A DNA stretch of 64,000 nt from an uncultured Acidobacteriota bacterium (GTDB taxonomy: Bacteria; Acidobacteriota; Terriglobia; Terriglobales; Acidobacteriaceae), in the NCBI GenBank assembly GCA_963759395.1, contig CAVWZH010000018.1, forward strand, positions 94,456 to 158,455, given 5' to 3'. Made by a program: the position numbers and the translations under genes. Positions 28,572 to 38,380 of the stretch are shown in pieces; the first letter of the stretch is position 1, and every line of letters starts with the position of its first letter. The notes below the pieces were generated by a model. The model searched no databases, was not told where the DNA came from, and worked only from the letters and a program-made list of their open reading frames with translations.

Positions 28572-29756
28572 TTAGTCATCAACGTATTCGTATTCCGCCT
28601 TGATCGGTTTTCCGTCTGCGAAGCGGCTGGGGCGGAAAACTGAAATGTCGACGGTCTTGCCACAACCATCCATCAACAGCTCTGACATGACGAGTCCGAC
28701 GGCGGGGGAAATCTTGAAACCCATACCGGAAAATCCGGCGCACACGTAGAGTCCACGTGCACCGGGAATTTCTCCGAGCAACGGGCGACAGTCCGGGGTC
28801 ATGTCGTAGATCCCAGTTACTCCTCGAATCACTTCCGCATTTTCCAACTTGGGGACTCGGCGGCAGGTGCGTTCAATAATTTCTTCCAGACCGTCATCGG
28901 AAGCGCGCTGCGGAAAATGGTCAGGGTCGACGCCACGCTTGCCGTAGAAATCGCCGATCAGGAATTTGTCTTGCCCGTCAGGGCGGAAATAAGTGGCAGT
29001 GACAGAATCGATGCATGCGCAACCGCCGCCCTTCATGCCAGGTGCGTTCTTCAGCATGGCTACCTCGTGATATTCGGTTTCGATGGGCAAATCGTATCCG
29101 GCGTGTTGGAGCAGTGGGCGACTCCAAGGGCCTGTGGCCGCGACGACGATAGGCGCTGCAATCTCGCCGTGATCTGTAGCGACGCCGCGGACCTTGCCGT
29201 TTTCAATGATGAAAGACGTAGCTTGTGTCCGCGGCAAATAGCTGACGCCCAGATCGCGAGCTTGAGTAAGAAAATCAGTGGCAACACCCGCGCCATCTCC
29301 ATAGCCGGAGTCGGGTTCGTAGGCAGCTAGTTCGACATCGTCGACGCTCCAGTCGGGCTCCAGATCATGCAATTCCCGGCGAGTGATGAGCTTCACGTTT
29401 ACGCCGACTTCTTGCTGCATGGCAACGTTCAGTTTGAGGCGATCGCTCTCGTTCGGATGTACGATGCGCACAAAACCAGTCTTGCGGAAATCGCCGGGCT
29501 CACCCACGACGTCCCGCCAGTTCTCGAACATGCGCAAGCTGACCAGCGCCAACTGTACTTCCTGGGGATAACTGTAGTGCATGCGGACGAGCGCGGAAGA
29601 ACGCCCGCTGCCGCCACGGCCGACATGATCCTTGTCGATGATGACGATCTTCCCGGCCTTCCGGCGCGCGAGATGGAAGGCAATGGAGGCACCCATCACG
29701 CCCGCACCCAAAATCACAACATCGGCAGTTTTGGGATGGCCGTTCGTGCCGCTCAT
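28572..29756 (-). CDS. FAD-dependent oxidoreductase (DAO family; sarcosine/dimethylglycine oxidase-like)
   Basis: 394 aa with an N-terminal dinucleotide fold (VVILGAGVMGASIAFHLA). DAO-family length and C-terminal GFSGMGFK motif. Confidence 0.78.
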   Translation of the reverse strand: MSGTNGHPKTADVVILGAGVMGASIAFHLARRKAGKIVIIDKDHVGRGGSGRSSALVRMHYSYPQEVQLALVSLRMFENWRDVVGEPGDFRKTGFVRIVHPNESDRLKLNVAMQQEVGVNVKLITRRELHDLEPDWSVDDVELAAYEPDSGYGDGAGVATDFLTQARDLGVSYLPRTQATSFIIENGKVRGVATDHGEIAAPIVVAATGPWSRPLLQHAGYDLPIETEYHEVAMLKNAPGMKGGGCACIDSVTATYFRPDGQDKFLIGDFYGKRGVDPDHFPQRASDDGLEEIIERTCRRVPKLENAEVIRGVTGIYDMTPDCRPLLGEIPGARGLYVCAGFSGMGFKISPAVGLVMSELLMDGCGKTVDISVFRPSRFADGKPIKAEYEYVDD

Positions 29757-31378
29757 GCTGCGGCCTCCTTAAAGTGGCCTTTCTTCCAGTCGCGCAACAC
29801 TTGATGCGCGGCATTGTGGCCGGGGGCTCCGGTGACCCCACCGCCAGGATGTGCACCGGCGCCACACAAATACAGTCCTTGGATCGGAGTGCGGTATTGT
29901 GCCCATCCGGCAACTGGCCGCATGAAGAAAAGCTGTTCGAGGCGCAAGTCGCCGTGGAAAATATTCCCTTCGGTTAGACCGTAGGTGCGCTCCAGATCAA
30001 GCGGCGTTAGAACTTGCCGGGCCAGGATCGCATTCGGCACATTGGGAGCGTACTCGGCAATCTTCTTGACCACGCGGTCGCCCAGCAATTCCCGATTGGC
30101 GTCCCATGTACCTTGACGCAAGTGATAAGGCACATATTGCACAAAGCAGGTCAGAATGTGCTTCCCTTTGGGCGCGAGAGAATCGTCGGCGTTCGAAGAA
30201 ACGACGCAGTCGACCCAAAGCTGCTCCGGGATTTCTCCCAATTTCGCGATGTCATAGCACCGCTCAGCGAATTCAAGCGACGGAACCAGAGTGTAGAACG
30301 TGCGCTGCAGCGGCGTGTAACTGGCCGGAGTTCCGGTGAAGCGCGGCTCTTCGGCGAGCACGAAATTCACCTTGGCGCACGGGCCTTCCATCTTGATTCC
30401 GCGAACGCTGTGCAGGAACTCATCGGGCAAATCCTTTGGGGAAACCATTCTTAGAAAGGTTCGCTTGGGGTCGGCATTGGAGAGCACGATTCGGGAGCGA
30501 ATCTCTGTGCCATCTTCCAGAACCACACCGCAGGAGCGACCATTGCGGACATCGATCTGGGCGACCGAAGAAGAAGTGCGAATCTCGGCACCAAGTTTCT
30601 TCCCCGATGCGGCCAGCGCCTGTGTAATCGCTCCCATCCCACCCATCACGTGTCCGAAAAAACCCTGCAGTTCATGTTCGCCGCCGCTCAACAAATGAAA
30701 CAATAAGCCGATGGCAGTGCCGGGCTGGTATGGGCCGCCGTGCTTGCCATAGACATTATTGGCGAGGAACATCGTCTTTACTTTCTCTGATTCGTAGTTA
30801 TTGTCGAGAAATTCGCCGAGGCTGCCGGTCAAGAATGAAACAAGCTGGGCGACTTCCCCGCTTGAAATGCCGCGAAACCTCTTGCCCATGCGAAACAAGT
30901 CGGACCAGCCGCTCAGGCTCCGAGTTTCGATCTCTGGCGGCGGCTCCAGAAAAAACGGTTGCAGATAGCGGGCCAGCTTCTTGAGCTGATCGTCCACGCG
31001 TACAAAGGTTTCGCCGTCGTTGGCCGAGAGCTTGCTGAACTCAGCCTTGGCGCGATCGCGGTCGGCCCACCACGAGACCACCTGACCATCCGGGAAAGGG
31101 ACCTGGATCGCAGGATCGCAAGGAACCATGCGCAACCCATACTCCGCAAGTTGGAGATCCTGAATTATCTCGGGCCGCAGCATGCTCGCGATGTAAGAAG
31201 TCGTGGAGACGCTGCAACCGGGAGCAATCTCTTCTGTGACGCAACAGCCCCCCACAATTTCGCGGCGTTCCAAAACCAGCGCGGACAACCCGGCTCGAGC
31301 CAGATAGGCTGCGGCGGTGAGACCATTGTGACCTCCACCAACCACAACGGCGTCGTAGATCTTGCGTGGAGCGGACAC
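29753..31378 (-). CDS. NAD(P)/FAD-dependent oxidoreductase, phytoene desaturase (CrtI)-like family
   Basis: 541 aa with GTG start, N-terminal VVVGGGHNGLTAAAYLARAG and a C-terminal GAGAHPGGGVTGAPG motif. Its stop overlaps the DAO gene start by 4 nt. Confidence 0.78.
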   Translation of the reverse strand: MSAPRKIYDAVVVGGGHNGLTAAAYLARAGLSALVLERREIVGGCCVTEEIAPGCSVSTTSYIASMLRPEIIQDLQLAEYGLRMVPCDPAIQVPFPDGQVVSWWADRDRAKAEFSKLSANDGETFVRVDDQLKKLARYLQPFFLEPPPEIETRSLSGWSDLFRMGKRFRGISSGEVAQLVSFLTGSLGEFLDNNYESEKVKTMFLANNVYGKHGGPYQPGTAIGLLFHLLSGGEHELQGFFGHVMGGMGAITQALAASGKKLGAEIRTSSSVAQIDVRNGRSCGVVLEDGTEIRSRIVLSNADPKRTFLRMVSPKDLPDEFLHSVRGIKMEGPCAKVNFVLAEEPRFTGTPASYTPLQRTFYTLVPSLEFAERCYDIAKLGEIPEQLWVDCVVSSNADDSLAPKGKHILTCFVQYVPYHLRQGTWDANRELLGDRVVKKIAEYAPNVPNAILARQVLTPLDLERTYGLTEGNIFHGDLRLEQLFFMRPVAGWAQYRTPIQGLYLCGAGAHPGGGVTGAPGHNAAHQVLRDWKKGHFKEAAA

Positions 31379-31390
31379 GCTTTTCTCGTA

Positions 31391-31403
31391 TGACCCAAGG
31401 TCA
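31391..31403. promoter_or_regulatory. palindromic operator-like site TGACC-caa-GGTCA
   Basis: Perfect 5+5 inverted repeat, 13 bp upstream of the CrtI-like gene start. A near-identical site lies exactly 100 bp away. Confidence 0.45.
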
Positions 31404-31490
31404 AACGATTTCCCCCTAGGGCCGATTTACATTACCGCATCGCAGCTAAAAATTGAATTGAATTGCGAGATTATTTCCTGTAGAGTTTCG

Positions 31491-31503
31491 TGACTTGAGG
31501 TCA
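31491..31503. promoter_or_regulatory. palindromic operator-like site TGACT-tga-GGTCA
   Basis: One-mismatch copy of the 31391 site, followed by the same AAAC flank. Ends 5 nt before the TetR GTG start. Confidence 0.45.
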
Positions 31504-31507
31504 AACT

Positions 31508-32197
31508 GTGAGTGGAATCAGCAGCAGCGTCGTCTCTCCTCCGCGCTACCGTCGCTTGCCTCCTCGGCCCCGTTCCGAAGGTAAGCGGGCCCTCATCGTA
31601 GATGTCGCTATGCGCCATTTTGCCGAGCAGGGGTACCATGCGGCCCGGGTCGGGGATATCGCGGCCGCGGTGGGCATCGCCAAGGGTTCCGTCTTCCAGC
31701 ATTTCGGCAGTAAAGACGGCTTGTTTTTCGAGGTCTACAAGAAGGCAGTACGCTCGTTTCCACGGTATCTCGATGCCCCGGCCGATGTGCGGGAGCAAGG
31801 CTTCTTCGCCGTTTTGCGCTACTGGCTAGCGCGGACCGAGCATTTGCTTCACGAAGACTGGATTCCCTATCGGGTTTCGCTATTGGGGAACTATGGCACG
31901 GACTTAACGCTCAAGCGCGAGATCAATCGCTTTCTCCAGGCCGAAGATCCCTATGGCACGGTGCCGTTTGTCCGCTTCGGGTTGCAGCGCGGAGAACTCC
32001 GCGGCGATCTTGACCAAGAGATGATGGTTTCCATTCTGGATTGGACCATGGAGCGTTTTCAGGACGCGCTGCTTACCGAGGAACTTGATCCTGGCCTATT
32101 CCGCCGTCAGGGTGATCCCGCAGCAAAGAAAGAAGCCCGCATTGCTCAGTTTTTGGACGTGCTGCAAAGGGCGGTCGGTGCAGAGCGCCGCGGATAA
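31508..32197 (+). CDS. TetR/AcrR family transcriptional regulator
   Basis: 229 aa with an N-terminal HTH (RALIVDVAMRHFAEQGYHAARVGDIAAAVGIAKGSVFQHFGSK). Divergent from the catabolic operon. Confidence 0.85.
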   Translation: MSGISSSVVSPPRYRRLPPRPRSEGKRALIVDVAMRHFAEQGYHAARVGDIAAAVGIAKGSVFQHFGSKDGLFFEVYKKAVRSFPRYLDAPADVREQGFFAVLRYWLARTEHLLHEDWIPYRVSLLGNYGTDLTLKREINRFLQAEDPYGTVPFVRFGLQRGELRGDLDQEMMVSILDWTMERFQDALLTEELDPGLFRRQGDPAAKKEARIAQFLDVLQRAVGAERRG

Positions 32198-32239
32198 GCT
32201 TGGTCTTCTCGAAAGCAGCGCCCGGCCAGGACTGACCAC

Positions 32240-33373
32240 ATGATTCAGACCGAAGTGCAGAAGATTCTGGAAAGTTACAACGATCGCGCCCCACTCGGCG
32301 AGGCGTTCACGATCCCTGCACGGTGGTATGTGGATCCGCGTATCGCGGAGCTCGAGACCAGAACCGTCTTCAGCGACACCTGGCAGATGGTCGGGCGCAC
32401 CGACCAGGTGGAGAAACCCGGACAATTCGTGACCACTAGCGTGGCAGGTGAGCCGATTGTCGTGGTGCGCGGCCAGGATGGTGTGCTGCGTGGTTTCTAC
32501 AACGTGTGCCGTCACCATGCTGCCGCGGTAGTCACCGAGCCATGTGGGCAGGCTTCGATGCTGCATTGTCCGTATCACGGCTGGAACTATGGGCTAGACG
32601 GGTCGCTAAAGGGAATGCCGGAGTTTGATGGCGTGAAGAATTTCGACCGCCAACAGAACGGGCTGGTTCCTCTGAAAGCCGATGTCTGGGAGAACTTCGT
32701 TTTCGTGAACCTCGATCCTCACCCCGCGCCGCTGCAGGAATTCCTGGGAGGGCTGGTCAAGCGCGTGGCGCCGCTGGGCGTGAGCAAGCTGCACTATTTT
32801 GATACCCGGTCCTACGACATCCACTGCAATTGGAAAGTGTTCGTCGATAATTATCTCGACGGCGGTTACCACGTTCCGCATTTGCACAAAGGATTGAGTT
32901 CTGTGCTCGATTACAAGGAGTACACGATCGAGAATGAGGACCGCTATTGCCTGCAGTCGAGTCCGATGGTGGCTTCGGATGAAGATGCGGCCACCGGCGC
33001 CACGCGCAAGGGCGACCGCGCCTGGTACTTCTGGCAATATCCCAACCTGATGATTAATTGCTATGAAGGCTATATGGACACGAATCTTGTACTCCCGGTC
33101 GATGTAGATCACTGCCGTGTGATCTTCGATTTTTATTTTGCGGACGTCAGAGACGCGCAGCGGGAATACAACCAGCAAAGCGTGGCCGTGGGCGCCCGAG
33201 TGCAGGATGAAGATTTGGGAATTTGTGAGGCGGTGCAGCGCGGGTTGAAATCGCGCGCCTATGGTGCGGGCCGGCTCTCAGTGCGCCGCGAAGCAGGGGA
33301 ACATTTGTTTCATCGTCTGCTCGCGACAGGTCTTAAGGGTGGTCTGGAAACCATGACGGCGGCGGCGGACTGA
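32240..33373 (+). CDS. Rieske [2Fe-2S] non-heme iron oxygenase alpha subunit, choline-monooxygenase-like
   Basis: 377 aa with Rieske motif CRHH...CPYHGW and mononuclear iron region DNYLDGGYHVPHLH. Overall resemblance to the CMO/GbcA-type subfamily is from memory. Confidence 0.82.
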   Translation: MIQTEVQKILESYNDRAPLGEAFTIPARWYVDPRIAELETRTVFSDTWQMVGRTDQVEKPGQFVTTSVAGEPIVVVRGQDGVLRGFYNVCRHHAAAVVTEPCGQASMLHCPYHGWNYGLDGSLKGMPEFDGVKNFDRQQNGLVPLKADVWENFVFVNLDPHPAPLQEFLGGLVKRVAPLGVSKLHYFDTRSYDIHCNWKVFVDNYLDGGYHVPHLHKGLSSVLDYKEYTIENEDRYCLQSSPMVASDEDAATGATRKGDRAWYFWQYPNLMINCYEGYMDTNLVLPVDVDHCRVIFDFYFADVRDAQREYNQQSVAVGARVQDEDLGICEAVQRGLKSRAYGAGRLSVRREAGEHLFHRLLATGLKGGLETMTAAAD

Positions 33374-33422
33374 ACGCCTCGTGAATTCCAGATTTTCTTC
33401 TCTTCTCAAAGAACGGGTTAAC

Positions 33423-34706
33423 ATGATCAACAAGTCACTAGGCCTTCAGCTATTGCTCTTTCTTTCCTCAGTCTTTTCCCTTGGCCAAGTTACTGCCATA
33501 CAAGCGGGACGGTTAATTGATCCGGACGCGGGAACTGTCCTGAATGACCAAGTCATTCTGATGCGAGACAACAAGATTGTAGCGGTTGGCAAGGGCGTGG
33601 CAATTCCGCGTGACGCCAAGGTCATCGACTTGTCGAAAATGACGGTGCTCCCTGGACTGATTGACTGTCATACCCATCTGGCGGACGGTCCCACAGGCGA
33701 CAGCGAGCCCCTTTCCCAAATGAGACGGACCGCCTCGGAAGTGATCCTATCGGCCGTGCCCAACGCGCGGATCTTCTTGCTCTCGGGCTTCACCACGGTT
33801 CGAGATGTAGGTGTTTATCGGGCTCTAAATGACAAGGCGATGCGCGACGCGATCGCGAAAGGCTATATTGACGGCCCGCGCATGTACGTCGCGGGAGCGT
33901 ATGTAACGATCACCGGCGGCGCGGGGGCGATGACTGGCTTTGCTCCCGACATCCAGCTTCCCTGGGATTTTCACTATGGCGAGGCCAACGGTCCCTGGGA
34001 AGTGCGCCAGGTGATCCGCAAACTGGCGCACGATGGAGTCGATCACATCAAGGTTCTTTCCAGCGGCGCTGTGCTGACGCACGGAAGCAATCCGTATTCG
34101 CAGGAGTTCACTTTGGAAGAACTGCAGGCGGCTGTGGATGAGGCGAGCCATTTTGGCTTGCGGGTCGAAGCCCACGCGCACTCGCCCCAAGGCATCAAGA
34201 ATGCGATCCAGGCCGGTGTGGCATCCATTGAACATGCGACCATGATCGATGACGAGGGCATCGCAATGGCAAAGGCGCGCGGCACCTATCTCGACATGGA
34301 CATCTACGACGAAGATTGCATTCAGGAAAAAGGAAGGCTGGGTACGATGCCCAAAGATTTCCTGGAGCATGATGCCCAACTCGGCCAGTTGCAGCGGGAC
34401 AATTTCCGCAAGGCGGTGAAGGCTGGCGTGAAAATGTCATTCGGAACAGATGCGGGCGTTTGTTCGTACGATAAAAGTGTAAGGCAGTTTGCGATGATGG
34501 TGCAGTATGGCATGACGCCGATGCAGGCTATACAGGCGGCCACCAGCAATGCCGCCGATCTGCTTGGCCACTCGGATCTTGTCGGTTCGATCAAACCGGG
34601 GAAATACGCGGACGTGATCGCGGTCTCGGGCGATCCCTTGCAGGACGTTAGTTTGCTCGAACACGTGCAATTCGTGATGAAAGATGGAAAGGTTTATAAG
34701 CAATAA
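33423..34706 (+). CDS. secreted amidohydrolase family metallohydrolase
   Basis: Signal peptide (MINKSLGLQLLLFLSSVFSLGQ), an HxH motif (IDCHTHL) and a later HAH and FGTDAG. I chose ATG 33423 as the start rather than GTG 33381. Confidence 0.78.
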   Translation: MINKSLGLQLLLFLSSVFSLGQVTAIQAGRLIDPDAGTVLNDQVILMRDNKIVAVGKGVAIPRDAKVIDLSKMTVLPGLIDCHTHLADGPTGDSEPLSQMRRTASEVILSAVPNARIFLLSGFTTVRDVGVYRALNDKAMRDAIAKGYIDGPRMYVAGAYVTITGGAGAMTGFAPDIQLPWDFHYGEANGPWEVRQVIRKLAHDGVDHIKVLSSGAVLTHGSNPYSQEFTLEELQAAVDEASHFGLRVEAHAHSPQGIKNAIQAGVASIEHATMIDDEGIAMAKARGTYLDMDIYDEDCIQEKGRLGTMPKDFLEHDAQLGQLQRDNFRKAVKAGVKMSFGTDAGVCSYDKSVRQFAMMVQYGMTPMQAIQAATSNAADLLGHSDLVGSIKPGKYADVIAVSGDPLQDVSLLEHVQFVMKDGKVYKQ

Positions 34707-34727
34707 TGAGGCTTGGTCCTGCGAAAT

Positions 34728-34758
34728 GCATAGGTTCTTCGCTTCGCTCAGAATGACA
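34728..34758. repeat. compact inverted copy of the tgtcat(c/t)ctgagcg...gaag(g/a)acctatgc REP-like element
   Basis: The reverse complement reads tgtcattctgagcgaagcgaagaacctatgc, which matches the head and tail of the element at 16206-16298. Confidence 0.7.
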
Positions 34759-34782
34759 ATGTTAGGAAGTGGAGAGTGAAAC

Positions 34783-36901
34783 TCACTGGTGATCGCGGGG
34801 GATTGTTTCCTCCCAGCTTTTCTGCTTCAACAGTTGCCCGTCCTTGAATAGCTCACGAGTGTATTTGTAATAGAAGTTCTTTTGGTCGGTGGTAACCGAG
34901 AGATGCCCCTGCCAGGTGAGCACGCGGCCCTGCAACTCAAAAGTGGTTTTCGCCTCGCCAAGCACTGAACTGGTTTCCGGGTGTGCGTCGTCGGCTTCGT
35001 AAGTCAGGGCCTCTAAATCAGTCTCCTTGCCCCAGGGATATTCATAACCGTCTTTTCCGCGCCAACGCACAGTCGTCTTGTGATTGGCCTCATCGCGCTC
35101 TGAACTCCACTCTCCTGGCCAGGGAAACCCTTCACTCTTGTAGCCGGGGCGTTCTTCAGAAGGTTCGGGAGAAGAAAAGGCTGGCGCTGGCGTGCCGTGC
35201 ACTGGAACAGTCGGCAAGGTCAATCGCGAACCACTCGTGCCCAGCTCCAGCGAGGTGGTCATGGCATAGGGTGTTGGCAACATCATCGGCCAAAGCGCGT
35301 TGGAAATGGAAAGACGAATGCGATGGCCCCTGGGGAAAACCCAGGAAGTCACGTGCATCTCGATTTCCAGCGGATAGACTCTCCCAGGTTCAAGGTCGCG
35401 AGGTTCGGCGAAAGACTCCCGCTGCGCGCCGTTTCGCCCCGCTCCAGTGATTTGGGTAACAGATCCGTCGGGCGCGACATCAGACAACCGGGCAAACCAG
35501 TCAGCCAGCGGTGCGGTCGCAGAAACTCGCAGATGAGCCCGCGGGCTGCCCAAGATAGCCAGATCCTCTTTCAACGGCGCCGAATCGTAGACCAGGCTGA
35601 AGGCGTCCACGGGGCGAGTATCGCTGAGCAGCTCGCCCCACCAGAACCCCGCCTCGACGCCGATCGTGGGAACGTACTTCAACTGATGCACGGTAGATGG
35701 ACCGGCTGGATTTCCCAGCGTGTGATTGGATTGCGGAAACAATTCGAGATTTCTTGTGTTCCGCGGTGGCCATGCGTCTTCTCTGCGCCACTCTCCGGGT
35801 ACGTTCGGCAGATTGGGATCCGGCGGGTACCAATGCCGCATATAGGCCACTAGCTTCGGATCTTGTAAGACTCCGGTATCCCGCCCTTTGAGCCAGTAGT
35901 CCCACCACCGGACCGCCTGGTCGCGCCACTCGATCTTCGGGCCAGGCTCGGCTTCGTCAGGGAACGTGTGATTCCACGGGCCAATGATCGCCTTTACCGG
36001 CGCCTTCGTGGTCTCTCGCAACATGTCGGTGACGCTGTCGCGATATCCATCAAGCCATCCACCGATCAAAAAGCACGGAACCGTGATTTCGCTATAGGGG
36101 CGCACAGGGCTTCGCCAAAACGGCCCATCGTGCTGATGTTTCAAGTAGAGCAAAGACCAGGGTGGCGATTCCATCTTCGCGCCCAGTACGTTCGCATCGA
36201 TCGGGTAGTCGGGCGCGCCCGTCCAGCCCTGAGCCATATCCATGTTGAGTTCGAACTCATCGACGTGCGCCATCCCGTCCACGTAGTGAACGTCATCATG
36301 AAACAAGCTCCGCCGTGGCATCTACCGCGATAATCGCTTTGAGCTCCGGCGGATGGCGCATCGCCATTTGCAGGGCATTAAAGCCACCCCAGGAGATGCC
36401 AAACATCCCGACATTGCCGTTGGACCACGGCTGATGGGCCAGCCAGGCAATGATTTGCTCCCCGTCGATCTGCTCCTGTTCCGAATACTCCCGCTCAGGA
36501 GGTACGCCCTCGCTTGCCCCAAATCCGCGAATATCGACACGCGCTGTGACGTATCCACGACGGGCGAAATAAGTGTGCATCGGATAATCCCGGGATGCCG
36601 TGCCGTCATCTTTCCGGTAGGGCAGATATTCGAGCAGAGCCGGAAACTTTTCGGCTGCTTTCGCGCCGTCGGGCATGTACAAAGTGGCCGCCAGGCGAAC
36701 GCCATCTTTCATCGGAATCCAGGTGTTTTCCAGGCGCACGCCATAGCTAGGAGGGGAGGGCGGCTCTATAGAAAAGGCCGGGACAGAAATTGCGAACAGT
36801 AGCAACCAAAGAGCCCGTGAAATCAATGTCTCTCCTGTTGGATCGCGAGCAAGCCTATTGCAAGTTTGTTGCAAACCGTCGTTTTTGCCACGCGGCACCA
36901 A
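34783..36901 (-). pseudogene. CocE/NonD (S15, X-Pro dipeptidyl-peptidase-like) family hydrolase split by a frameshift (ORFs 36296..36901 and 34783..36321)
   Basis: The N-part has a signal peptide and an alpha/beta hydrolase core (GMFGISWGG nucleophile elbow). The C-part continues the family (LFHDDVHYVDG...). The frames overlap at 36296-36321, and removing one nt in cttgttt joins ...DATAEL to FHDDVHY. Confidence 0.78.
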
Positions 36902-36966
36902 AGCATGTTAGAAAGCATGGCGGTTGTCAACTGCCCCGAATCAGGATCGGCGCGCGTGGTTTGCTG

Positions 36967-36994
36967 TTTCACGGGTGATGGGGATGCGTATAAT
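36967..36994 (+). promoter_or_regulatory. candidate sigma-70 promoter (TTTCAC - 16 nt - TATAAT)
   Basis: Perfect TATAAT at 36989-36994, 62 nt upstream of the ATG at 37056, with a weak -35 element. Confidence 0.35.
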
Positions 36995-37055
36995 GCTGCC
37001 GCAGAAAAAAATCAGGCGGGCGAGCCGCTCACAGCCCAGACTGCAGAGGCGATCC

Positions 37056-38168
37056 ATGCATCGAAACTTGCTTCCCGATTCTCCCAGCCGCCGAACTTTT
37101 CTTGCTGCGACCAGCGGATTGCTGGCTGCGGCCGCAGCCGGGCCCTTGACCACATCAGCCATGGCTTCGCGATCAAGTTTCGGCCCCTTGCCCGAAGGAG
37201 CGAAGAAGCTCGAGATCGGCGTGTTCGATGCGGCCTTTCCCAAACTCTCGCTCGACGAAATGCTCGATAAGTTTTCCGCCTGGGGAGTGGAGGCGGTGGA
37301 GATCGGCACCGGTGGATATCCTGGCTCGGTGCACTGTCCAGTGCAGGAACTGCTCAATGATCCTGCCAAACTGGGGGCCTGGAAAAAGAAATTTGAAGAT
37401 CACAACATCCGCGTCGCCACCTTGAGCTGCCACGGAAATCCCGTTCATCCCGACCCCAAAATCGCCGCACAAGATCAGGAGACCTTTCGCCGCACTGTGC
37501 TCCTAGCCGAACGCCTGGAAGTAAGCGTAATCGTCGGATTTTCCGGATGCCCTGCAGGAACAGCGACCGACACCAAGCCGAACTGGATCACCTATCGTTG
37601 GCCTCCCGAATATGCAGCCATGCAGGACTGGCAGTGGAATGAGAAACTCATTCCGTATTGGCAGCAAGCTGCGAAGTTTGCCCGCGAGCACGGGGTCCAC
37701 AAGCTGGCGCTGGAGATGCATCCCAATTTCTGTGTCTACAATCCCCGGACGTTGTTACGTTTGCGGGAAGCGGTGGGCGAGGAAATCGGAGCCAACTGCG
37801 ATCTCAGCCATTTGTTCTGGCAACAGTGCGATGCGGTGGAAGTGATTCACATGCTGGGCAAGCAGAATTGCATCTTCCACGCGCACATGAAAGACACCGT
37901 GTTCTACCAGAACAACATCGACCGATTTGGTGTCCTGAATTTTGCTTTTGAAACCAAGGATCTGCCGATGGCTTCGGAAACATTTCGAGCAGTCGGCTAC
38001 GGCCATGGCGCGAGTCTGTGGAAAGACGTGATCCGCGCCTATATGGACGTGGGATACCAGGGCATTCTGAGCGTGGAGAATGAAGATCCAATTCTCCCCG
38101 GCGAAGTGGGCGTAGAGCGCGCGCTGTACGTTCTGAAGAACGTGCGCAGTGAAATTATGGGGTCGTGA
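37056..38168 (+). CDS. Tat-signal sugar phosphate isomerase/epimerase family (xylose isomerase-like TIM barrel) protein
   Basis: Twin-arginine signal (SRRTFLAATSGLLAAAAAG) after ATG 37056, followed by a TIM-barrel family sequence. The ORF-track start at 36924 is less likely. Confidence 0.78.
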   Translation: MHRNLLPDSPSRRTFLAATSGLLAAAAAGPLTTSAMASRSSFGPLPEGAKKLEIGVFDAAFPKLSLDEMLDKFSAWGVEAVEIGTGGYPGSVHCPVQELLNDPAKLGAWKKKFEDHNIRVATLSCHGNPVHPDPKIAAQDQETFRRTVLLAERLEVSVIVGFSGCPAGTATDTKPNWITYRWPPEYAAMQDWQWNEKLIPYWQQAAKFAREHGVHKLALEMHPNFCVYNPRTLLRLREAVGEEIGANCDLSHLFWQQCDAVEVIHMLGKQNCIFHAHMKDTVFYQNNIDRFGVLNFAFETKDLPMASETFRAVGYGHGASLWKDVIRAYMDVGYQGILSVENEDPILPGEVGVERALYVLKNVRSEIMGS

Positions 38169-38174
38169 GTCCGG

Positions 38175-38275
38175 TTCCTCTGCGATCTCTGCTTGTTTTC
38201 GGCGCGTGCGCTGCGGTTAAAGGGTTTTATCTTTCTCACTGCGGCAAATCTTAAACCGCAGAGTTCGCCAAGAAA
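38175..38275. repeat. intergenic palindromic repeat (ttcctctgcgatctctgc ... ctgcggttaaag / cttaaaccgcag)
   Basis: ctgcggtt (38211-38218) is the exact reverse complement of aaccgcag (38254-38261), and a third ctgcgg is at 38238. The ctctgcgatctctgc / aaccgcagag wording is a repeat type I recall from soil-bacterial intergenic regions. Confidence 0.55.
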
Positions 38276-38380
38276 TTCAACCGAGATAGCCGACGGCCTC
38301 GTTTCAAATGCCCCGGCCGGATTGACCGCTTCGCCGTCGCCGGAGTAAGCTGCCTTTTTGCCTGCCGTCCACAGGGGCCA

